Shown: piece after piece, positions 1-6,243 of the stretch
Position numbering within the stretch: position 1 is the stretch's first letter
Layout: each line of letters opens with the position of its first letter
From: a bacterium
Lineage (GTDB): Bacteria > Oederibacteriota > PGYV01 > Palsa-1178
Assembly: GCA_037138355.1 (NCBI GenBank)
Contig: JBAXIL010000020.1
Location: 1-29,407, forward strand
DNA: 29,407 bases
Direction of reading: 5' to 3'
The notes under the pieces: model-generated
Told to the model about the DNA's origin: nothing
Database searches by the model: none
The model's input: the letters and a program-made list of their open reading frames with translations, nothing else
Made by a program: the position numbers and the translations under genes

Positions 1-495
1 TTTATCAAGAGCTTCACCTGTATAGGAATAGAATGCAGTAGGAATACAAAGTGTGACATCTCCTTCGGCATCTTCTTTTAAAAATGCTGGTGACGTTGGA
101 TCCCAAGCAGTGTAGCCACGAGCTTCAAAAGTTGCACGCAAGCCGCCAGAAGGGAAAGAAGACGCATCGGGTTCACCTTTTATAAGTTGGTTTCCGGAAA
201 ATTCCATAATGACGCTTCCATCGTCCGTAGGTGAAATAAATGAATCGTGTTTTTCTGCAGTGGTATTGGTTAAAGGTTGAAACCAATGCGTGTAGTGTGA
301 AGCACCTTTAGCGATTGCCCAGTCTTTCATTGCATTGGCAATTACATTTGCAATTTCTTTTGTGAGCGGCTTACCTGCCTCGATTGATTTTTTAAAATCT
401 TTAAAAATTGTCTTTGGCAGTACCTCTTTCATGAGCTTGTCATTAAAAACATTTGAACCAAAAATCTCTGAAACATTCAGCAACTTTTTTTCCAT
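1..495 (-). CDS. glnA: Glutamine synthetase type III, N-terminal 165 aa (runs off the left edge)
   Basis: Not in the ORF track. Manual translation from ATG at 495 gives [19 protein letters not shown]...[32 protein letters not shown]...[35 protein letters not shown], all hallmark GSIII motifs. SD GAAGGAGA lies upstream. Confidence 0.95.
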   Translation of the reverse strand, partial: MEKKLLNVSEIFGSNVFNDKLMKEVLPKTIFKDFKKSIEAGKPLTKEIANVIANAMKDWAIAKGASHYTHWFQPLTNTTAEKHDSFISPTDDGSVIMEFSGNQLIKGEPDASSFPSGGLRATFEARGYTAWDPTSPAFLKEDAEGDVTLCIPTAFYSYTGEALDK

Positions 496-540
496 TTTTC
501 TCTCCTTCACCGACGAATTTTTTGAATCTAACTATATATA

Positions 541-556
541 AGCAAGAACCATGCCA
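541..556 (-). promoter_or_regulatory. Sigma-54 (-24/-12) promoter for the GSIII gene
   Basis: Minus strand reads TGGCATGGTTCTTGCT, matching TGGCAC-N5-TTGCW with exact GG-N10-GC spacing, 45 nt upstream of the ATG and next to a divergent sigma-54 activator gene. Confidence 0.88.
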
Positions 557-605
557 ACAATGTCCTATCGATTATTGGGGTTTTATTGACATTTTGAATT
601 TATAC

Positions 606-682
606 TGATTAAAATACAGACAATAATTCAGTTAAGTGGTTAAAATGTATACATTTATGTATTTTGTGGTTGAAATTTGTCA
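606..682. promoter_or_regulatory. Candidate enhancer (UAS) repeats for the sigma-54 activator
   Basis: TGATTAAAATACAGACA (606-622), TGGTTAAAATGTATACA (637-653) and TGGTTGAAATTTGTCA (667-682) share TGRTTRAAAT...CA, recur at 31 and 30 bp, and lie 50-125 bp upstream of the -24 box. Confidence 0.45.
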
Positions 683-755
683 TAAATTGTAGTAAATTGT
701 TTGAATGAAGTTAAATGCCAATATAGTATGCACAATAGATTAAAAGGAGTCAAAA

Positions 756-2849
756 ATGTCTAAAAAGAAAGAATTAGATGTAATTCAGTCATTGCCAGAT
801 GTCATTTTTGAAAAGAAAATCAATAAATTGAAGCTTGTTCATTATATCTCTGTTGAAATGAATAAATCTCATTCAACAAAAGCCCTTCTTACATTAATTC
901 TTGAAAGATGCCTTGAACTAACTGGTGCTAAAACAGGAAGCGTAATGTTGATAGATGAGAAAGAACAGGTTTTAGATATAGTGGCTTTTAAAAATTTGCC
1001 TTCAAAGACAGCTGGGAACACAAGATTAAAGCTTGGTGAGGGCGTCACAGGTTGGGTTGCCCAGTCAGGGAATCCAAAACTAATAAATAATACGAGGCAA
1101 GATCCTTTATATGTAAAGGTTCGTGAGGATCTACTTTCTGAACTTGTGGTCCCGATAAAAACTGAAAATAAAGTGATTGGTGTAATAAGCGTAGATTCAA
1201 ATAAAGCAAATGCTTTTACAGAAGATGATTTGGAACTGCTCATTATGGTCGCGGAGCTTGCAGCGCAGATAATAATTAAAGACCAAATGCAGGAAAAGTT
1301 AGGTTCAAAGATACGCTCACAAGAAATTCTTATAGATACCTTTCATGTAATAGAACAGGAAGAATCCTTAAACGAGGTTTTTAATAAGGTTATGGAAATA
1401 ATGAAAGAAAAAATGGGCATATTGCGTGGAATGCTTTTACTTTTTGATTCTGAAAAAACAGATTCTTTAAAAATATATAGTGGCTATAGAATAAGTGAAG
1501 ACGCAATAAAAAAAGGTGTGTATAAAATTGGTGAAGGCATAATAGGAAATGTTGTTCTTAAAGGTCAGACCATAGCTGTTGAAGACATTTCCAAAGAGCC
1601 AACTTTTTTAAATAAGCTAAAAATAAACAGAACCGCAAAGAATTCAATAATCGCTGCACCTATCAAAGCTGGGCCGAGAGTGCTCGGAGTACTTGAAATA
1701 GAAAAAGTATTTAATGAAAGTGAGTCTTTTCAAGATGGGGTGTATACAATAACATTGTTGGCATCGCTTATTGCTTATAGAGTAAGAAGTTTTCAAAGAC
1801 AACAGGAAGAAACACAAAAACTTGTTAGCGAAAACATAGAATTAAAGATAGAACTAAAAAAAGAAAATAATTTTAAGAATATAGTTGGTAAAAATGAACA
1901 AATGAGAAGAATTATGGAACAAGTTAAAACAGTTTCTAATACTAATGTACCTGTGTTAATAACTGGAGAAACAGGAACAGGCAAAGAGCTTATTGCTAAA
2001 ATAGTTCATTTTTTGAGTGACAGGAGAGACAATAAGTTCATAAGCGTTAATTGTTCTGCCATACCAGAAAATCTTATAGAATCTGAACTTTTCGGATACG
2101 AAAAAGGTGCGTTTACAGGAGCAGTAGGAAATAAAAAAGGCAAGTTTGAGTTGGCTGATAAAGGCACATTATTTCTTGACGAAATAGGGGAAATGCCATT
2201 ACAATTACAATCAAAGATATTGCGAGCCATACAGGAAAAGGAAATTGAACCATTAGGCTCAGAAAAAAGTATTAAAGTTGATATTCGCATAATCGCTGCC
2301 ACAAATAAAGATTTAAAGAATCTTGTTGCTGAAGGTAAGTTTAGAGCAGATTTATACTTTCGTTTGAATGTAATAAATGTTCATATGCCAGCACTTCGGG
2401 AGAGAAAAGATGATTTGCCATTACTTGTAGATTTTTTTATCAAGCGTTATAATGATGTTTATAAAAAGCAAGTTGCAGGAATGGATAAAGCAGCAGAAGA
2501 GATAGTAAATACATATGCATGGCCTGGAAATATAAGAGAACTTGAAAATGTTATTGAGAGAGCTGTTATTATGTCAAAGGGAAGCATTATTGATGCTTCA
2601 CTCTTTCCTGATAATATAAATCCTTCTCAGAATAAGGATGAGGGATTTAATATTAATGAATATATTAAAACAGAAGCAAGGAAAAAAATTGATGGTTCAA
2701 TTTACAAAGAAGTGATAGGAGCCTTGGAAAAGAGATTGATAGAAGACTTGTTAGTTGAAACAGGAAATAACAAAGTGAAAACTTCACAAAAACTCGGAAT
2801 TAATAGAAATACTCTCAAGGCGAAAATGAGAGATTACGGATTGATATAA
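756..2849 (+). CDS. Sigma-54-dependent enhancer-binding protein, NifA-like (GAF-GAF-AAA+-Fis HTH)
   Basis: Two GAF repeats (LKLGEGVTGWVAQSG; YKIGEGIIGNVVLKG), Walker A GETGTGKE, ESELFGYEKGAFTGA, Walker B LFLDEIGE, FRADLYFRL, WPGNIRELEN and C-terminal HTH LGINRNTLKAKM. SD AAGGAG. Confidence 0.95.
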   Translation: MSKKKELDVIQSLPDVIFEKKINKLKLVHYISVEMNKSHSTKALLTLILERCLELTGAKTGSVMLIDEKEQVLDIVAFKNLPSKTAGNTRLKLGEGVTGWVAQSGNPKLINNTRQDPLYVKVREDLLSELVVPIKTENKVIGVISVDSNKANAFTEDDLELLIMVAELAAQIIIKDQMQEKLGSKIRSQEILIDTFHVIEQEESLNEVFNKVMEIMKEKMGILRGMLLLFDSEKTDSLKIYSGYRISEDAIKKGVYKIGEGIIGNVVLKGQTIAVEDISKEPTFLNKLKINRTAKNSIIAAPIKAGPRVLGVLEIEKVFNESESFQDGVYTITLLASLIAYRVRSFQRQQEETQKLVSENIELKIELKKENNFKNIVGKNEQMRRIMEQVKTVSNTNVPVLITGETGTGKELIAKIVHFLSDRRDNKFISVNCSAIPENLIESELFGYEKGAFTGAVGNKKGKFELADKGTLFLDEIGEMPLQLQSKILRAIQEKEIEPLGSEKSIKVDIRIIAATNKDLKNLVAEGKFRADLYFRLNVINVHMPALRERKDDLPLLVDFFIKRYNDVYKKQVAGMDKAAEEIVNTYAWPGNIRELENVIERAVIMSKGSIIDASLFPDNINPSQNKDEGFNINEYIKTEARKKIDGSIYKEVIGALEKRLIEDLLVETGNNKVKTSQKLGINRNTLKAKMRDYGLI

Positions 2850-2872
2850 AATAATAAAATTAGGAGCTGAAA

Positions 2873-3757
2873 ATGAAGAAAATCGTTACTATCGTATTAT
2901 GCATGATGTTGTTTTCTGTCTTTTCAAATGCAGCAAAAAAATCAGTTAAACATGTTAAAAAAGTGAAAAGTGTTTCTACGAGTTTGGTGACAGAGTTAAA
3001 AGCAGCTAAGATGCAGATAGAACAACTTAACGCGGTTGTGGTTACTCTTACAGCTAAAGCCGAAGCAAGTGATTTAGAATTACAAAAAATTAAGAATGAC
3101 ACTGCTTCCACAGGTTCCAGTGTGCTTTTGCTGGAAGGCATTTGCTCTTTGCTGACACTGTTACTGATTCTTGCTTTGATAAGTAGAAACAATGCAATCA
3201 AAAGAGCAAATAATAAATCACTTTCCAGAAATACTTTCTATACTCATTTTGAGGAAATAGAAACAAATGTTCTGGACAAATGGAAAGACACTTGGTATCA
3301 CCCAGAGAATATAAACAAAGAATTATATAATGATGTGAGAAATCATTTTCCTGAATTGTATGAGAATATTGAGAAATGGAAAGTTGGAATTAATCGTAGG
3401 AGTGTATTTGTAGGGCATTTGTTAAGCTTGCTTTCGACGAAATACCCTGACATACATGGCGCGGACTCCATATATCTTCTGGCCACTGAAAAGGATGATG
3501 TTGTTGTTACCCAAAACAGAATAATAGCAGGTAAGGTTGTATGTGCTCAATTAAAAAATGATATTCCAGAAAATCAAAAAATTATGACTTCGTATTATGA
3601 AGAAGTGATGGCTCAATTTGGTGGGGAGTTTAACGAAGCAAAAGAAGTTGTAACTGAAAATGAAATATTAAAGCTTGAAATAGAAAAACAAGTAGAAAAA
3701 ATTAAAAAAGTGAGAAAAATTCAAGGTGTATGCAAGTTTATGAGTTTAAGTTCCTAA
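2873..3757 (+). CDS. Hypothetical single-pass membrane protein (signal peptide, coiled coil, TM helix, soluble C-terminal domain)
   Basis: 294-aa ORF with SD AGGAG. N-terminal MKKIVTIVLCMMLFSVFSNA looks like a signal peptide; hydrophobic helix VLLLEGICSLLTLLLILALI. Starts 23 nt after the activator stop. Confidence 0.75.
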   Translation: MKKIVTIVLCMMLFSVFSNAAKKSVKHVKKVKSVSTSLVTELKAAKMQIEQLNAVVVTLTAKAEASDLELQKIKNDTASTGSSVLLLEGICSLLTLLLILALISRNNAIKRANNKSLSRNTFYTHFEEIETNVLDKWKDTWYHPENINKELYNDVRNHFPELYENIEKWKVGINRRSVFVGHLLSLLSTKYPDIHGADSIYLLATEKDDVVVTQNRIIAGKVVCAQLKNDIPENQKIMTSYYEEVMAQFGGEFNEAKEVVTENEILKLEIEKQVEKIKKVRKIQGVCKFMSLSS

Positions 3758-3833
3758 AATGTATTATGTTTTTTTAGATAATAATATGCACAAACAAGCA
3801 AAACATTTGTTGTTTATGTTTTAACTCTGTTAT

Positions 3834-4022
3834 TTAAAACGAAAGATATAACTTTACGAGAAAATTATCAATAGAACTACTTTTTTTTTGTGATTCACTT
3901 CTCTCGTATGACTTTAAAGCTTTTGAGTTTGAAAGCAATTCTAAATGTTCCCGACCTGATTGAATCTCGTTAAAACTATCTGATTTAGACATTTTAGTGC
4001 TTGATCTTTCTTTCTTTGTCAT
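3834..4022 (-). CDS. Small hypothetical protein (62 aa) or truncated gene remnant, coupled to the XRE gene
   Basis: ATG at 4022 (MTKKERSSTK...) is preceded by a strong SD AGGAGG inside the 3' end of the XRE gene. No recognisable motif. Confidence 0.4.
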   Translation of the reverse strand: MTKKERSSTKMSKSDSFNEIQSGREHLELLSNSKALKSYERSESQKKSSSIDNFLVKLYLSF

Positions 4023-4206
4023 TTTGCTTCCTCCTTTTTTGTAGTATTTTATTAATGTGATATTGTTGTATTTGATTCGGTTGGTTTCTTTCTTTAAACC
4101 ACCTATTAACTGTACAAAATGCCACATCAAGTTCGCTGGCGAGTTCTACCTGCGAAATTCTATTTTCAAGCCTGTATTTCTCTAATTCTTTGATTATGTT
4201 TTTCAT
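3994..4206 (-). CDS. XRE/Cro-family HTH transcriptional regulator (70 aa), probably leaderless
   Basis: MKNIIKELEKYRLENRISQVELASELDVAFCTVNRWF is a typical HTH_3 pattern. I moved the start from 4278 to ATG 4206 because a promoter sits directly upstream. Confidence 0.85.
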   Translation of the reverse strand: MKNIIKELEKYRLENRISQVELASELDVAFCTVNRWFKERNQPNQIQQYHINKILQKRRKQNDKERKIKH

Positions 4207-4213
4207 ATAGCAA

Positions 4214-4241
4214 AGTATAGCATTATATAGCATGTTGTCAA
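4214..4241 (-). promoter_or_regulatory. Sigma-70 promoter for the XRE gene, overlapped by three TGCTATA direct repeats
   Basis: Minus strand: TTGACA-N16-TATACT with an extended -10 TG, and 7 nt between the -10 and the ATG. TATAGCA on the + strand at 4206, 4216 and 4226. Confidence 0.7.
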
Positions 4242-4326
4242 TACTTATTTTTATATATTTTATTCTCAAAATGGACAATTTATAATTAATATGTTATTAT
4301 TAGTTAAAATAATTAGGAGGGAATAG

Positions 4327-5250
4327 ATGAAAAAAATACTATTTGGTTTTATTATTTTACTTTCTTCTTATGTCAGCGTTTATAGCAATCATATTTCGAT
4401 TTTATTGCCAGATATTACTACAGCGGCATCAATCGGAATTTCAGGTGCGTGTGGTGCAAAGGCAGCTGATTTAAACTCTCTTATGTATAATCCTGCGGCT
4501 ATAAGCGGTATTAATAGCTATAAGCTTATGTTTACTTACAATAGCAATAGCATAATTAACTCAAGCTCTACACTCACAACGATATTAGTACCTCTTTTTA
4601 ATGATATGGCATTCGCTCTATCGTATGTATTTGATAGGCAGTCAGGTATTATAGACATTCCATATGGGATATCTGATTTAAGCAGATACAATTCGATGAT
4701 ATCCATTGCATATGCCTTAGCTTTAACAGAAAGCATTAAATGTGGTGCTACTTTTAAATATTTGGAATCTAACATCATTGCAAGCAGATCAACGCACATG
4801 GGGTTTGATGCAGGTGCCGTTTTTGGAGGAGATAGTAATTTGACTGGTTCTATAGCTATCCTTGATATAGCTGGTCCAGTTACTTACGCTGGTACAGAGA
4901 GTCTGCTTGCTAATGAAATTATGCCATTCAGATTTGGTGTCGGCTTCAATTATGATGCATATTGTGATGATGCACATTTTCTTGCGTTTTCAATAGATGG
5001 TTTTTATCATGTGAATGAAATCAAGTACGATGTGTCTTTAGGTCTTAAATATGTTTATAAGAATTTATTAACAATTAGAATTGGTGATAAGCTTGATATA
5101 TATGGTTCTGATTTTTTGAGCTGGGGCACAGGATTAAATTACAATTTTTATGGTGTAGATGTCAGGATTGATTACGCTTGTTTGGCTAAGTTAACTGGAG
5201 CAGGGAATCGTGGCTCAAGTAATGTCTTAAGTATGTTGGTTTCTTTTTAA
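4327..5250 (+). CDS. PorV/PorQ (UPF0164)-like outer-membrane beta-barrel protein
   Basis: Signal peptide; AASIGISGACGAKAADLNSLMYNPAAI resembles the family N-terminal GARxxGMGGAxxAxxDDxxAxxWNPAGL; alternating beta-strand pattern; C-terminal Phe. SD AGGAGG. Confidence 0.7.
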   Translation: MKKILFGFIILLSSYVSVYSNHISILLPDITTAASIGISGACGAKAADLNSLMYNPAAISGINSYKLMFTYNSNSIINSSSTLTTILVPLFNDMAFALSYVFDRQSGIIDIPYGISDLSRYNSMISIAYALALTESIKCGATFKYLESNIIASRSTHMGFDAGAVFGGDSNLTGSIAILDIAGPVTYAGTESLLANEIMPFRFGVGFNYDAYCDDAHFLAFSIDGFYHVNEIKYDVSLGLKYVYKNLLTIRIGDKLDIYGSDFLSWGTGLNYNFYGVDVRIDYACLAKLTGAGNRGSSNVLSMLVSF

Positions 5251-5413
5251 TTATCTTAAAACAAAAATACTAAATCTATATTTTTTATTTACGAATTCAA
5301 TCTCAACTCAACTGCATTGATATTTCATAATTAAAATAATGCGAACACTAAAACTCGTCTTTGGGTCAGTTTTGTGCCTATTGGTAAACTTGTTAATATC
5401 GACTGAGAGTCGC

Positions 5414-5431
5414 TTGTGAAATAAATAACTG
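5414..5431. promoter_or_regulatory. Possible Rex operator abutting the -35 of hydrogenase operon 1
   Basis: TTGTGAAATAAATAACTG has a perfect left half of TTGTGAA-N4-TTCACAA and a degenerate right half. Confidence 0.45.
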
Positions 5432-5460
5432 TTGACACTAAAATAATATTATATTATAAT
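5432..5460 (+). promoter_or_regulatory. Consensus sigma-70 promoter of hydrogenase operon 1
   Basis: TTGACA (5432-5437)-N17-TATAAT (5455-5460), a perfect consensus. Confidence 0.85.
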
Positions 5461-5579
5461 TTAATTGTTCGAATATAGAGAAGTTGACGCTCTTATAAAT
5501 GAAATGCAACAGGTTTTGTAGGGTTAATGGAAAACGTAACATATTGACCTTATTCATAAGGAACTTAAAAGCGCGATTT

Positions 5580-5600
5580 TCCTCTACTGAGGATTTTTTT
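5580..5600 (+). terminator. Weak terminator-like hairpin in the operon 1 leader
   Basis: TCCTC-TACT-GAGGA followed by T7. The stem is only 5 bp. Confidence 0.4.
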
Positions 5601-5610
5601 ATAAGGCTGC

Positions 5611-5628
5611 TTGTGAAATATAGCACTA
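5611..5628. promoter_or_regulatory. Rex-like operator
   Basis: TTGTGAAATATAGCACTA. Its reverse complement TAGTGCTATATTTCACAA matches the operon 2 box TAGTGAATTATTTCACAA at 15/18 positions. Confidence 0.65.
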
Positions 5629-5725
5629 GCAAGGCGTTTGTTGAGTGAAATTATACTAAATCGGTGGCATTTTAGAATACAATAATATGTATAACATTAA
5701 TTCATTCTAATAAAGGAGAGACACA

Positions 5726-6241
5726 ATGATTGAAGCCAAAGTAGCATCTCCGGAACAGAAACAGCTTGATGTAATTATTAAGAATCACGAAGGTAAGCAG
5801 GGTTGGCTATTAGGAGTATTAGAAGCAGCTCAAAAGAATCATAAAAACAATTTTTTGCCAGAAGATACATTAAATTATATTTCGTACAAAACAAAAATCC
5901 CACTTTCAAGAATCTATGGCGTTATTACTTTCTATTCTTTTTTCAATTTAAAACCGCAAGGCGATCATACTGTCGTAGTTTGCAGAGGAACTGCTTGTCA
6001 TACCAAGGGGTCAAAATCTTTGCTTGATGATTTAGCTCAACAAATGGGTGGAGTGAAGGAGCTTGAAGGTGGAGAACCGTCATTTACCACGCCAGATAAT
6101 AAGTTTACGATTAGAACAGTGGCTTGTTTTGGACAGTGTGCACTGGCACCAGTGGTTTCGGTTGATGGTACCATATACAGTAATGTGACTACGATGCAAA
6201 TGCGTAAATTAATTTCCAAAGTAACTAAAGGGAGGAAATAA
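5726..6241 (+). CDS. hydC: [FeFe]-hydrogenase gamma subunit (NuoE/HydC-like, [2Fe-2S])
   Basis: IYGVITFYSFF, VCRGTACHTKG and ACFGQCALAP NuoE-type motifs. SD AAGGAG. Confidence 0.93.
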   Translation: MIEAKVASPEQKQLDVIIKNHEGKQGWLLGVLEAAQKNHKNNFLPEDTLNYISYKTKIPLSRIYGVITFYSFFNLKPQGDHTVVVCRGTACHTKGSKSLLDDLAQQMGGVKELEGGEPSFTTPDNKFTIRTVACFGQCALAPVVSVDGTIYSNVTTMQMRKLISKVTKGRK

Positions 6242-6243
6242 TA

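Noticed and set aside
335..541. 68-aa plus-strand ORF
   Set aside because: It is the antisense shadow of the GSIII gene.
756..2849. Calling the activator nifA, implying nitrogen fixation
   Set aside because: No nif genes are in the window, it has two GAF domains, and the evident adjacent target is GSIII.
3789..3820. Imperfect AT-rich hairpin between convergent genes
   Set aside because: It has a bulge and a mismatch and is mostly A-T pairs, too weak to call a terminator.
5362..5377. GG-N10-GC spacing suggesting a sigma-54 promoter for operon 1 (also TGGCAT at 5665)
   Set aside because: Poor match to TGGCAC...TTGC, the operon 2 copy lacks the GC, the 5665 site has no -12 element, and a perfect sigma-70 promoter is present.
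5499..5648. 49-codon ORF in the operon 1 leader (MKCNRFCRVNG...)
   Set aside because: No SD and no telling codon run. A leader-peptide role cannot be supported, although ribosome profiling could revisit it.
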